Positions 34,283-47,700 of a stretch of 64,000 nt of DNA are shown here, one piece after another. Made by a program: the position numbers and the translations under genes. Origin of the DNA: Nemertoderma westbladi (Eukaryota > Animalia > Xenacoelomorpha). Position 1 is the first letter of the stretch. Each line of letters begins with the position of its first letter. The notes beneath the pieces were generated by a model. The model was not told the DNA's origin. It made no database searches and saw only the letters and a list, made by a program, of their open reading frames with translations. The stretch spans positions 693 through 64,692 of the forward strand of contig JAUCBJ010005522.1 in assembly GCA_032718475.1 (NCBI GenBank), given 5' to 3'.

Positions 34283-36261
34283 ATAACAGTTATAGATTTT
34301 TCCTTTATTGCACAGTAGACAATAAATACAGTTTACTATTGTTCTGGTAAGAACAATAACAGTTATCCTAGTTTCTTTATTGCAACGTAGGCAATAAGTC
34401 GAAAGTAACCTGTAGGCCTGACTGCCTAACCACCCGAACCGGTACTTACAGCAGTACAGGTACTAGTATTATTTCGATTGTGATATTGTATATTGGTAGG
34501 CTGTTTAAGAGATTAGGGACTGTACACCCCTTGTTTCTTTTGGAGCTTATTTATTTCTGTCAGTTTTATTTATCTGTAAGTTTATATTGAGCAGAAGGTG
34601 TGTAAGCCCGCTCAAATTGTACAAATAATTTGTAGGCTGGACTGTTGTCTGACTGTTGTTGAGTCTGAAGGGATTGCGTGTGTGTAGAGTGTATGTCCGA
34701 TAAAGTACTAGTTAGGAACGTGGGGGCATCCAGTGCTGTAAGGTAAATCCCCCCCGAAAGAATAAGTACTACTCGGTTAGAACGCATACTAACTAACCAT
34801 TTCAGAGTCTGCATATACTGTAGTTTATTTAGGCTTGATAGTAGTCTGCCAGCGTTTGGTTTGTATTTTATTTGTGTAGTCTGTACGGGTAGCGTAATAT
34901 TTATTATTCAGAGTTTATGCGATTATTCGCAACATACACAACCCCAAGTTTATTCCTACAGTAATTGTGCTTGTTATACATACCGTTATAGTTAAATTAA
35001 CCCCGGTACTACATCAGGGCTGTTTGGCGTAGGTAAAGACTGGTGATTTTATGCTCTAGTCACTCCAGCAGATACCGTGGTTCTTTTAGCTGTACAAGTA
35101 TCTTTAACTGCTGGTTATTTGTTGTATAAGTATTTGTACCTAATTTAGGGTTTAGTGTACAGTACTTCCTGAAGGTAATTAGTGTGTAGGCAGTATATTT
35201 GTGTTGTAAAGTGGTTAATAGGCACGTTAGCTCTGGTTGGCTGCGGTAATTAACTTCTAGGTAAGGACACTCCGGGTACATAACGTAGTACTTATAGAGC
35301 TGTAGAGCTAAAGACTATAAGTCGTCAGACGGTGGTATTTTCTTATCTGGACAACGCAATATATTTACTACTGCTTAATTATTTTCAAATACCGTAGTTT
35401 CCTGTCCGTTTGTAAGAACCAGAAATTCTAACTCCTTGTTAGGCTGGTTTGTAGATTTCCTGCAAAATTACCCTAAAATTTGTACATGTAACTTTTGTGT
35501 TTATTTAGAGATTGTAATCTCACATAGTAATTGTATGTAAATTGTAGTGATAAGTAACTTAGTAAAGTAGAATAATTTTTATTAGTGTCCAACAAGTAGC
35601 ACTTCACTGAGAGCGTTCAGCTTCTGTGCAGTGACTCCTTAACGAGAAATAATAACATTTATTTCAAACATTGACAAAACACATTATACAGGTATATATA
35701 TATACATTATAAATTAACTCAAACCGATTTATAAAATAGTAGGCCTGTTATATATCAATTAGGTCTTAATATCAGTTGAGCTACTGCTTGATAACAGTAA
35801 TAAAGTAAAGGAAAGTAACCCTAAAATTCATAAATTCAGTTATTCTAAAATAATTGACATTACCGGTATTTATATTAGGCTTATTATATTTATTTCTATA
35901 AATTTTGGTTGAGATTATATACCAATATTCTGTAATTAATCCTAGTCTATAATCATACTTTATATCTACTATAAGTGTATGCTGTATAGCGGTATTTACG
36001 ATAGGCTTATTGTATTTATTTCTATAAATTTATGCTGAAATTATATACCGGTATTCTGTGACAAATCCTAGTCTGTAATAATACTTATATATATACTAAT
36101 ATAGTATAAGTGTATACCGGTATTTTAATATATTGTATATATATCACTTTAAACTGAGTAACGGTATCGGTAATTGATCACTAGGCTTACAGTTGATACT
36201 GAATTACTAGATTTGCTTTAACTGTCGTTATAGTAGTAGGCATTCAACTGTACAATCAAAC

Positions 36262-39200
36262 ATGGCTGACACAAAGCAAACTCTATCAGATAGTCTCCTA
36301 GAAAGAACAGTCTGCGACTCAGACAGGAGTGCTGAACATCTGAGACCGAAGTCCAAGTCCCCTCCTACTGTAAGAAAGGTCATCCCTTCAGTAGTAGTAC
36401 CAGACCCTAGGCTAGTCAAGCACCGTAGGTCTATTATAGGCACTCGGGCTCAAGTCAAGCGGGACCAAGAGGCAGCTGTTAAAGAGCAGCAACACCCGAA
36501 CCGGGAACTTATTTCCTAGCGACCCGATAGCTCCAGTAGTTCAGACACTGTAGAGTTGACACCCGAGATCGGAGCAAGGATGGCAGAAGCGGTTTATTCG
36601 GATCCACTTCTCATTCTTCCTGCAGCCGTACTCACTAGGGTATTGATTGCGGTGGAGGAACATCAAATCGATTGGGCGAGAAGTAAGCGATCGACCAAGG
36701 ACAGTTATGCGGGATACACAATGGAGGAACTGAAGTCTATTGTCGAGATGCAATGGAACTTCCCCGGACCCGGACTCCCGTTTAACTTATCGGAAGCTGC
36801 CTGGGAAGACTTATACAGGATGGGAGTGGTAAAGGACACTAGAGATCCAGCTGTGTGGAAGAGGTCGGCAGCAGGATATGTACAGGGATTCTTCAGCTCT
36901 TTGGAGCGATTAGAGGAACAACTGTTTCAACAACCCCAAGGACCTCAAGAGCAGGGAGAGCTGCTTTATCAAGTTCGAGAACGAATCTTACGGATCAGAC
37001 TATTCCTTTCCGCCTTTGAGGAAGCCTCGAAAAGAAGCCAAGACACGTTGTTGCAAGTTGCCGTAAAGACTTGGTTCCAACGGGTGAGTCTTAAAGTCCA
37101 AGGAACGACAATGTAAATTTCAGCTAACTGAGCGCGCAACCCATGGAGAATCAACAGACGCTACCTTTTCTCAAGTGGAAAGCGAAGCGACATCGGAGAA
37201 ACCTCAGAAGAAGGATGCTATTGACATCTATCTGTCGGACTATCAACGATTTATAGGTGACAAAGAGTTAAGGAGACGGCTAACTGGACTTCACCCTAAT
37301 AGTGAGGGAGCCAAGTTTGTGATAGACTCATTAGATGCGGAAATGTTAGCCGTGGACCAGGCTAAATTTGATGAAAGCATACGCATCGCTAGGGTCCAAG
37401 AAGTGCAGCTAAAGAAAAAACAGATAATATGGAAAATCTTCAAGAGAAGCAAGACTACTTAAATAAACAGAGAACAGCTAGTCAGATGCAGATGATAAGT
37501 CGATCTACTCCCAAGAGACAGGGATTTACATCATCTGATGAAGGCGATACAACCGATCCTGAAGGCGGAGGAAATAGATCTCGTTCCAGCAGACGTAGAA
37601 GAACGCCGCACCGTCAGAAATTGCCTAATTTGCCCCCAGCTGTGAGAAGGCAACTAGCTAGTGTAGACTTAGGTAGTACAGAACCCACAGACCAAATTAT
37701 TAGAGTAGAAAGACTCCCTACTATAGTAGATGAGCCTGAAATAATTAGGCCTGTTCTCAAAGCCACCCCCTCTGTGATAGAGACCCCTGTACTTCCAGAA
37801 CCAAACTCTAAATTCCCTTTGCACAGTACTAAACTACCTGTGCCCAGTAGAATAGCACCTGAATCTGTCCCAGTCCTGGACGCCGTCAATGATTTGTCGC
37901 CCGTCGTCCCTCGTCTACCCGCTACTATGTTGGCGGCTCCCGCTTCGGCGGTAGAGTGGGTGGATGAGCGACGGCAGGGGATGGATCTCCTGCTCGGACA
38001 ATTGGAGGAAAATCGATTACGTTCCTCCCAGCAGGTCCAAGAAATGGAAGGGACTGTTCAGCAGTTAAAGGGAACAGTAAGAGAGGGTAGGTTAGAGTTG
38101 CAAGAAGTGCAGCAGAGTATCGCTTTAGAACGCGATAAATTGGTAAATATACAAAGGGGTATACCACCACCCCCTGTTACAATGTGTCAACCTGTTAGGT
38201 CTGAAGTATTTCATGCGCAAGGTGTGGAGCCTACACGCATCTATACTGCTAGTGAAGTAGAAACTCCTATAGTAAACCCTATTAAGGGTAATTATAAACC
38301 TGTTGATAATGATATTCCACATAGACCTGATCATAATCCGAGAAATTTATATACCGATAACTCGATATTAAATAATACGATGGCCCAAGAAAGTTTTACG
38401 CGTCAAATGGCTAGAACTGAAGCCTGTCAAGCGGTAAAGGTGGGAGAGATCGTCAATTTCAATGGAGATGAGATGAAATGGTTACCTTTTAATGAATATT
38501 ACAAAGATAACATACAGAACTCTGTACTATCTAATGGAGAGAAACTTAGATTCCTCATCGAGTGCTTGGAAGGACCTCCCAAGTTAATGGCGTTAAAGTT
38601 TATTGGACATCCAGATGGATTGCGACAAGTTTGGGATACACTAAACATCAGGTATGGTAATAGGACAAACATAGCTAGGTATTTGTATGTGAAATTAGTA
38701 GCGCTCCAAAAGTTTCTTAGCAGCGGGATTATAGAGTTTTCCGATGAGATTCAGGAGATCTGTAGACAATTAGATTGGCTAGGTAAGTCTCATGAATATC
38801 AGAGTTCTATGGTTATTGGAGCCGTAGCATCTACCTTGCCAAAAGGTGAAGTGGGTACTGGTTGGGACAAAAGAGTTCTATATATGATGGAACAACAACA
38901 AAGAGACCCTACCATGGCTGATCTCATGTCATTCTTAAATGGAGAGGTAAAATTACAGCTCCTAAAGCAGTCCCGAGAGAAGACACCGGAAAATAAGGTG
39001 AGTGAAAAACCCGTTTCTAGGAGAAAGGTAACACCAGTGTGTTATACAGACGACGGCGAAAGCCAGACCTCTCAAGAGGAGAACAGCGGGAAAGACACCG
39101 ACAGATCTTATTTTGTCAACAAAGCACCTAAACATGTAAGTAAATTTAAGTCTCGAACCAGTGACAGGAGAGAACAGCTAACAAAACTCCTCCTACATCT

Positions 39201-39608
39201 CCTAAGAGAATTCATGGAAGAAAGCCCGAGGAAAGAACAAGTGTGCACAACACTACCCAAGGTAAAGTAAGTAACATCAAACCCAAATGTGCATTGTGCG
39301 ACGGGCCCCATCGTTTAAGTGTATGTGATGAATTCTTAAAGAAATCCCTAAAGGATAGACGTGATGTCATGTGGGATAAGCGGTTGTGTTATAATTGTCT
39401 CAGACAAGGACACCAATGGCAAACCTGTTACTCCGACGCGAAGTGTGCAAAGTGCGGCGCGAAACATCATATCTTGCTGCACACAGAATTTGAAAGAACC
39501 AGCACGAGTCAGGTAAGTGAGTCCGAACTACATGTCCAATTCAGTGATGTGAACGACACTGACCACAGCTCTGAGATGGAAGGATTTTACACTGACGAAT
39601 TCTCCTGA
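36262..39608 (+). pseudogene. BEL/Pao gag with long N-terminal extension, broken by stops and frameshifts
   Basis: DUF1759-like FNGD...W..F...Y...I....LSNGEKLRFL..CLEG...W..L..RYG; triple knuckle CALCDGPH..C / CYNCL..GH....C / CAKCGAKHH.LLH. Confidence 0.88.
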
Positions 39609-39636
39609 ACTTAAGGGAGAACTACTAAAGAAGTGG

Positions 39637-42083
39637 ATGAAATGGGAAGATTCTCCACCATCCATCGAGAACTTTACGATTTCCCATTCATATTTCGGTC
39701 ACGTTCTCCCCACGTATTTGTGGGTATGTGCGTATGTGTTTGGAGACGCCAGCGATATGGGAATAGGTATAGTAGCCTACCTGAGGGTTGAAACTCCGGA
39801 TGAAATTAAAGTCGCCTTGGTTACTTCTAGGGCCTTGATAAACAACAAGCTACGAGTTCCTCGAGCGGAGTTAAAGGCGGCCCTATACGCTACAGCCATC
39901 GGCCGGAATGTAACAGAACAGATCGACTATCCACTGGAGAAAACTGTCTATTGGACTGATGCTTTACTCGTTTTGGAGTATATAACCAATGAAGTCTGTC
40001 AGTTCAGCGTCTTCGTTACCAACAGAGTAGCCATTATACTTAGTCACACTAATGTAGATCAATGGAGACATTGCCCTGGGACGATTAATCCAGCCGACAT
40101 CGCCTCCAGAGGAGCAACTCCTCAAGAACTGATAGATACTCCAGATTGGTTAGGTGGACCCAACTTCCTAAGTAAAGAAGAAGATGAATGGCCTCCTCAT
40201 CTCACCACGGCTGAGATTAGACAAGCCAAGGGAGCGGAGAAATTCAAACCCAAAACCCGGACGAGTAAATCGAAGTTATTTAAACCCGTGATAGATCTGT
40301 CTGTTCTACACATTTCCGGAGACGACGCTGTGGATCTAAACTCCCCCGCCACAAATAAATCTGTTGTGGAAATTAGAGAAAGAGACTGGAAATCTGGAAC
40401 ACCAGACGTCTCGCAGGGACTCTCACCTCTCCTGCAGAGAGTGATAAATCACTATAGCTCCTGGAATCGGCTATGTAAGGCCGTCGTGTATTTGAAGCGA
40501 TGCTTCCATCATCACTACTCCAGGACAAAGATCGCTAGTGATACCACTCCACTGACATCTGCGCAGGTCCATACTATTAAAGATCTTCCCAAATACAAGG
40601 TATCAGATAGGTTTCTGACGGAGAAGATCAGTTACCAGGAGCATGAAGAAACCAATAAGCAGATACTGAGACTCCTGCAATGCTATGAAGATTCCGATAA
40701 GTATTTCCTGTTGTTGAGAAATCCACAGATGCGCTTAAGGGATCGTTTCTCTAGCACAATGATAGATGGGTTAATACGTGTTAGAGGGAAATTAACTAAT
40801 GCTCCATTATCCTTTGACACTAAGTTTCCCATACTCATTAGAAATCTTGAAATACAAATCAAGATGATTGTAGATGTTCACAGTAGACTTTACCATGCTG
40901 GTAGAGAACGAGTTCTTAGCGAAATTCGAACTCGCTATTATTTTCATAAACCCCGTAGAGCTCTGAACCAAGTTCTTAGGAACTGTATACCCTGTAGGAA
41001 AGCATTCAGTAGGCCTTTAACACAGCGAGAGGCAGAATTACCTAGGGAACGAGTAAGCTTCTATGAACCACCCTTTACTAATACCGGTGTGGATTTATTT
41101 GGCCCTATTGAAGTATACCGTGCTAGGACTATAGTCAAGCGATGGTGTGTCATCTTTGTCTGTATGACTTGTAGAGCGATCCATCTAGACATGGTGAACG
41201 ATCTATCTACCAACAGCTTCATACTGAGTTTACGCCGACAGATCGCTCGCTTTGGAACTAGCAACACGATGAGATCTGATAAGGGAACGAACTTCATTGG
41301 CGCCAATAATGAGATCAAGGCTTACGTTAGAGATTGGAACCAAAGACAGGTGGACGATCAGCTAAGGGTAACAGCATCTAGCTGGACCTTCAACGCCGCC
41401 GACGCCCCTTGGTTGGGAGGAAGTTGGGAGAGATTAATAAGGAGCATGAAGACCGCATTTCACTTTATAGTGTCGTGCCGCGCGTATCTCACCGACGAAC
41501 TTTTGCGGACGTTAATGGAAGAAATCGCCGCCTATCTTAACGAAAGACCGCTTATGCCAGTCTCATCGAGTCCCAACTCCCTGGAAGTGCGAACACCCGC
41601 GCACTTCCTACTGAAGAAGCCATGCTCCCACGATCGGAAATCACAGACGGAGACGAATACTGCCAACAAACTTGGCAACTTATGCAGTTATTATCCCGTC
41701 GTTTCGCTGACCATTTCGAAAAACATTATCTGCCTACGCTACAACTTCGAACCAAGTGGTTTGCGCAGCAAGAAAACGTCAGCGCCGGAGACATGGTCCT
41801 TATTGTGGAATCAGATCTTCCACGTAAGCGGTGGCAGACAGGTCGTATCATTGAGACTCATATCTCCGATGATGGTTTAGTGCGATCGGTAGAACTCGTC
41901 GTCATGCGACGTAACTTTAAGAAACCTGGAATTGTATTCGAAACGCAGCAACTCAATCGCCCAGTTGGTCGTTTATGTTTACTGGAAAGAGACAGAGAAC
42001 TATCCGGAAACTATGGAAGGCAAGATACTCTTCCCACGACCACCTCCCTAATCCAACAAACATCTAGGGACTCCCCAACGTAA
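39637..42083 (+). pseudogene. BEL/Pao RNase H and integrase (protease and RT absent); one frameshift near 41620
   Basis: VFGDAS, PRAELKAA, YWTDA, WRHCPGTINPADIASRG, H..H...C..C, GVDLFGP, SDKGTNF, GGSWERLI, DGLVRSV. Confidence 0.92.
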
Positions 42084-43747
42084 CAGCGTCTGGAGTGGGT
42101 GTGTGACTATATTATTTTATATTGTTTTTATTATTTTTATATTTATGTATGTATTATTATGTAATTTTATTATAATCGTTTTCTTTAATTTTATTTAGCA
42201 GAATGTTATTTTAGCGATTATTCAGTAGATTAGTGCAATATATATTTGTGTTTATTACTTAATTACTTACATTATATATTTAGTGCAACGGCGAGAAATA
42301 ATTCTTTTTTCTCTTTCCTTACTGTCCGTATCATATTATAAATGCATGACTACAGTAAGATGAAATATACGTACTTATTAAAGTACAATAAAGCTCCTAC
42401 TATACTCGAGTATTATTGGTAAGTAGAGTATTAGGAATTCAAAGTTCAGATCCTCGTGTCTCGGCTAAACTAAGCTCTGGGTAGACCTTGGAAACGACTT
42501 GCCTCTTCTCACTGACATTGTTCTTTGCAATATTGCTCTCATACCGTATATTAAATAATACATATAGTAGCGTGATGTCCCTTTAACAGTAGCGTACAAT
42601 GCAAAATAAATCTGTCAAACCCTTTGACCATCTACCATTCTAGTCGATTAAGATATCGTGGCACCCACTGATATACTTGAAAGACAAAACTCTAGAATCA
42701 GTGGTTAACGTCCCCAGACAAGTTCTGGAATAAATCGGTGCCCATCTTAAATATTACATAGTTAATATTTATAAAAATCTATTAAACAAATGTTATAATA
42801 GAGTAAATGCATACAAATAAACTCTAAGGAGTTTGTAAACCAAGAAAATCTATAAATCAAAATCTGTCAAAATTTAGATCCTTTAAAATTCTAGTCGATT
42901 AAGATATCGTAGCACTTACCGATACTCCTAAAAGGACAAATTTCCTAGAATCAAGGATCCCAATCCCCAGACATGCTCTGGAATAAAATTGCGCCTATTT
43001 GATATTAAATAATAAAATTTACGGGAATAATTTTAAATTCATATCCTCTCATGAATTTGATAAATTGTCATTTTATACAATTTCTAACATTCCCAAAATT
43101 CCATTAATTAATAGATCATGGGAGCGGAGATTCACCCTATTAAGTATATTAGTGTGCGAGAATCTCCAATATATAGTCAATAGCCGATAAAATTCATAAA
43201 ATCATGTATAAAGGGGAATATTGACAATGAAAGAATTACCATTAAATAGCATCCCAGATCTGTATGCATGAGAATTACCCTAATTCTACTGCTAGCTTTC
43301 CATAATGTCACCATGGCAACAACCACGCTAGAATTAGAAGCGAGTTAAAAGAACAATAAAGGCTTGCCCCATTGAATAGCATACGGAATAAATAGCCCAC
43401 TGCTAGTATCCAGGGATACATAATAATAACGTGGCATTCTGGAAGGCACTTGACTAACGGACAAATGGCCCGAATGTGTACAATTTGTGACTGTGTAGTA
43501 TCACCATAAGCCCTACGCCTATGGCCCGCTAGATGGCGTAGCTTATCTTATTATTATTATATTATGTTCTATGATATCGGTACATCCTTCCTGATTATAC
43601 AGCAGTACATACTTACTACTGCAGTACTGTACTACGACTGTCTGCATTGCTGCACCCTGCCCCCCCTGATTAGTCATGCGCAGCTTTAGGTTCGACCTAC
43701 CTACACCACCCAACTCACTCAACGCCAATCTGCCAACACTACTGAAG

Positions 43748-44785
43748 ATGTCGGACCACCGCGATCCGAGAAGCTTCATTCTTCGAGGTAATCCGCCCCC
43801 GTTCGACATCGAAACCGAGCGCCTCACCTGGGCGTTATGGCGCGACGAATGGGAGGCCTTCCTCGTCACCTCCGGCCTGGAGAACCTCCACGAAGCCGAC
43901 CCCGCCGCCCAACCCGACCCAGCTCTATCGGCAGTCCTCCTCCGCGCTACCCAGCGACAACGACGAGCCGCCCTCATGACCGCCTTTACGCGCGCCACCA
44001 ACGCCGTGGTCAAGGGACTCGCCCTCACTCCGGAGGAGAACTGTAACGCCACCACCGTCATCGATAGACTGGAAGTCCACATCGACGGCGGGACGAACGT
44101 CCGCGTCCACCGCCAGGAACTCTCCCGTCGCCAAAGACTCCCCGAGGAAACCCCGGAGACGTTCCTCGTCCACCTCCGCGACCTCGCCACCAAGTGCCGG
44201 TTCGTCGCCCTCCCCACCGCGGAGGCGCACCTCAACGACCGGTTGCTCGACCAGTTCGTGGCGGGGTTCAACGACCGCGAGGTGACGGAGCAACTCCTCC
44301 GCCTCGAGAACGGAGCGACCCTCTCCGACGCTCTCAGGCGGGCCCAATCCGTTTGGATGGCGCGGAAGGACGCCGCCTCCTTCAACACCGCCACCCCCAA
44401 TGCCACCGCATCCCGCAGCGTGGCGACCCACCCTGCTCCGACGCCGGGAGGCCGGCGCACCCACAACCGTCGCAACCAACTGCAACCGCCCACCCTCTGC
44501 CGCCAGTGCGGATACACGCCGCACCCGGCCGGAAAGACGTGCCCGGGAATAAAGGCAACGTGCCGCCACTGCGGCACGACTGGGCACTACGACCGGATGT
44601 GCCCGACCAACTCCGGCGAACCGCGCGCCCACGCTGCCACCGGCACGCCGACGACTCATGCACCACGGCGAACCGCGCCGAGGTGTGGTCCATCCTGGCG
44701 GGCGCCGAACTGGAAGACGCCCCCATCGTCTCGGTTATGGAGTCCCTGGAGCCTCTGGAGACCGTCACCGTCGGGTTCCAGGTGA
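43748..44785 (+). CDS. Gypsy gag
   Basis: W...WE.F; R.Q.P.E....F...LR.LA..C.F; tandem knuckles CRQCGYTPH.....C and CRHCGTTGHYDRMC. Confidence 0.9.
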   Translation: MSDHRDPRSFILRGNPPPFDIETERLTWALWRDEWEAFLVTSGLENLHEADPAAQPDPALSAVLLRATQRQRRAALMTAFTRATNAVVKGLALTPEENCNATTVIDRLEVHIDGGTNVRVHRQELSRRQRLPEETPETFLVHLRDLATKCRFVALPTAEAHLNDRLLDQFVAGFNDREVTEQLLRLENGATLSDALRRAQSVWMARKDAASFNTATPNATASRSVATHPAPTPGGRRTHNRRNQLQPPTLCRQCGYTPHPAGKTCPGIKATCRHCGTTGHYDRMCPTNSGEPRAHAATGTPTTHAPRRTAPRCGPSWRAPNWKTPPSSRLWSPWSLWRPSPSGSR

Positions 44786-47700
44786 CGAAAAACCCGAACT
44801 TCGGAATCGCAGCGGCCCAGTTCCTCCCCGACTCCGGAGCGAACATCACCGCGCTCCCGCTCCCCACCTTCCGCTCCTTCGGCGGGACGACGGAGAACCT
44901 CCGGACCACCCAACCGCCCCCCAAAGCGCCGCGACTGGCCAACGGGTGCCGCTCCAGGTGGACAGTGATCGGGATCTTCACTGCAACCCTCCAATGCCCC
45001 GCCCTCCACACCGCCTGCACCACGGATGTGTGGGTCATCGACGGGCTTCAGCAGCCGCTACTGTCGAGGAAGGCCTGTTTCCTGCTGGCCATCCTCCAGA
45101 GCCCGATCCTCCGTGGCGGCCGCTACTCCGACGGCCCACCCCCGCCCCCCGGCCGCACCCCACGATCCTACCAGATGATCGCGCCCCCGCTATCGTCGCC
45201 CAGGGAGGAGGCAACCCCGCCACCCCCGGAAACACCCACGCCGCCATCCACGGTGCCAACCAACACCAACACCGCGGCTTGGGCGGCCCTACAACAGCGT
45301 TTCCCCCGCCCCCTATCGGGGAAATGCCGCGTAATGTCTGGGGGGGATATCACAATCAAACTCCACCCGGGCGCCCGGCCCACCAACTCCTACGCGAACC
45401 GCGCCGTCCCCATCAACCTCGAGGCCGCCTTCAACCGCGAGCTGGACGAGCAGGTCGCCATGGGAATCCTCGAGCCCGCCGCGGACGAGCGGAACCCCGG
45501 CGAGTGGCTCAGCCCCATGGTGGTCACCAAAAAGAAGGACGCCACCAAGGTGCGGATCACGGTAGACCTCCGGGAACTCAATAAGGCCACCGTACGTCCC
45601 ACCTACTACTCCGCCGCTCCCTTCCAGGTCGTCTCCCGGATCCCAACGTCCGCCCGCGTCTTCTCGGTGCTCGACGGCCTCAAGGGCTTCCACCAGGTCG
45701 GGTTGGACTCCTCCAGTCGCCGACTGACCACCTTTGTGACGCCACGAGGCCGGTTCCGCTACCGCCGGATGCCGATGGGTTGGCATGGTAGCTCTGATGT
45801 CTTCAATGCCCGGATGGATAAAGCCCTCCGAGGAATCCCAAACATCGGGAGGATCGTTGAAGACATCATTATCTACACCGACACGGCGGAGGAGCACTCC
45901 GAGGCGGTGGCCCGCGTCCTGGCCGCCTGCGACGCCTCGTCGATCTCCATAAACACGGCGAAGGTCCAGTTCAAACAGGCCGAGGTCCGCTCGTTCCTCG
46001 GACTCGCCCAGCAGCTCGGGAACTCGACGGCGGAGATAACCCGACTCGTCGACCCGCTCTGTTCGCTAAACTCGAACCTCAACTCCTGGGTCTGGCTCCC
46101 CCAACACCAGGCTGCGTTCGAGGCGACCCGGTCAACCCTGTCGAGTCCGCACTACCTGTCGGGGTTCCACCCGGACCGCCGAACCGAGCTGCTGACGGAC
46201 GCCTCCCGACTGAACGGCCTCGGGTTTCTCCTCCGCCAGTGGGACTCCGACGCCAACCGTTGGCGCACCGTCCAGTGCGGCTCGCGCACCCTGGCCACAC
46301 ACGAGGCCAACTGGTCGGGGATGGCGGAACTGGAGGCCCTCGGCGCTGCGTGGGCGGCCCACAAGTGCCGCTACTTCCTCGATGGGCTCCGCCACTTCGA
46401 GCTCGTCACTGATAGCAGCCCCCTGATCCCCATCCTGAACGACCGCCGGTTGGACCAGGTCAGCAACGATCGGCTGCTGAAGTTAAAGACGTTGATGTCG
46501 CGCTTTAACTTCACCGCCCGCCACCAACGCGGCAGTAAACACGTAATCGCCGACGCCTTCTCCCGCGCCCCCAGGAACTCCCCAACCTCCGACGACATCC
46601 TCCTCACCCCGGAAGACGACGCCGACCGGGAGTTTATCGTCTCCGCGGCCGTCGCCGCGTCCGCCGCCACCCCGTCGGTCGAATCTCGGGACGCGCGGCT
46701 CGACCAGATCCGGGAGGCCGGGCAGCGCGACCCCGTGTACCGCGCGCTCCTCGCCACCATCCGGGACGGCTGGCCGACGTCCAAACACAACGTCACCGAC
46801 GACCAGCTGCGGCCCTACTTCCAGTTCCGCTCGGAGCTGATGGTGCACGATGGCGTCATTCTCCGCGGGCCCCAGCTCTATATCCCCGTCGAACTCCGTC
46901 CCGAGACGCTCCGGCTACTCCACGCCGCCCACCAGGGACTCACTAAAACTCGGGAGAGGGCGTGTCGCTCCGTCTGGTGGCCCTCCATACCCAACGACAT
47001 CAAACAGACGGTCGAGCGCTGCCAACCCTGTCAGGCAGCCCTCCCATCGCACCCACCCGAGCCACTCCAACGGAACCCGGACGCCACCCGCCCGTTCCAA
47101 AGAGTACACACCGACATATTTGTCCTAGACGGCACCAACTACCTCGTTGTGACCGACGAATTCACCGGCTGGCCCACCCTTTACAAACTCGGCCAGAACT
47201 CAACCTCCCCAGTAATAATCGACTGCCTCCGCCGCCTCTTCTTGGCCACTGCGGTACCGACCGTTATCCGTCCAGACAACGGGCCCCAGCTGGTGTCCGA
47301 CGCCGTCCGGTCATTCCTGTCCGACTGGGGTGTCCGACTGGAGCCCTCTACGCCCTACCTACCGCGCACCAACGGCCGCGCCGAAGCGGCCGTCAAAGCA
47401 CTAAAGAAGTTGGTCCGCGGGGCGCGCCACAACTCCGACGAGATCGCGCAGGGCATCCTCGCCTTCCGCAACACCTCGCGTTACGGCGGCCGCTCCCCGG
47501 CGGAACTTTTATACGGCCGCAACGTCAGGGAGGCCCTACCCGTCCACTTCACCGCGTTTGATCCCAAGTGGCAAAAGACCTTCACAGAGCTCGACGCCAC
47601 ATCCGCGACCAATCAAAACCAGCTCGCGGCAAATTACGACCGCCACGCCCGCAGCCTTAAGGCTATGCCGGTTGGGACACCAGTCCTCATCCAGGACCCG

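Noticed and set aside
42088-42110. Purine-rich tract plus TGTG as the start of the BEL 3' LTR
   Set aside because: The downstream sequence has no counterpart at the 5' end of the element; the matching repeat lies at 50.4-52.35 kb.
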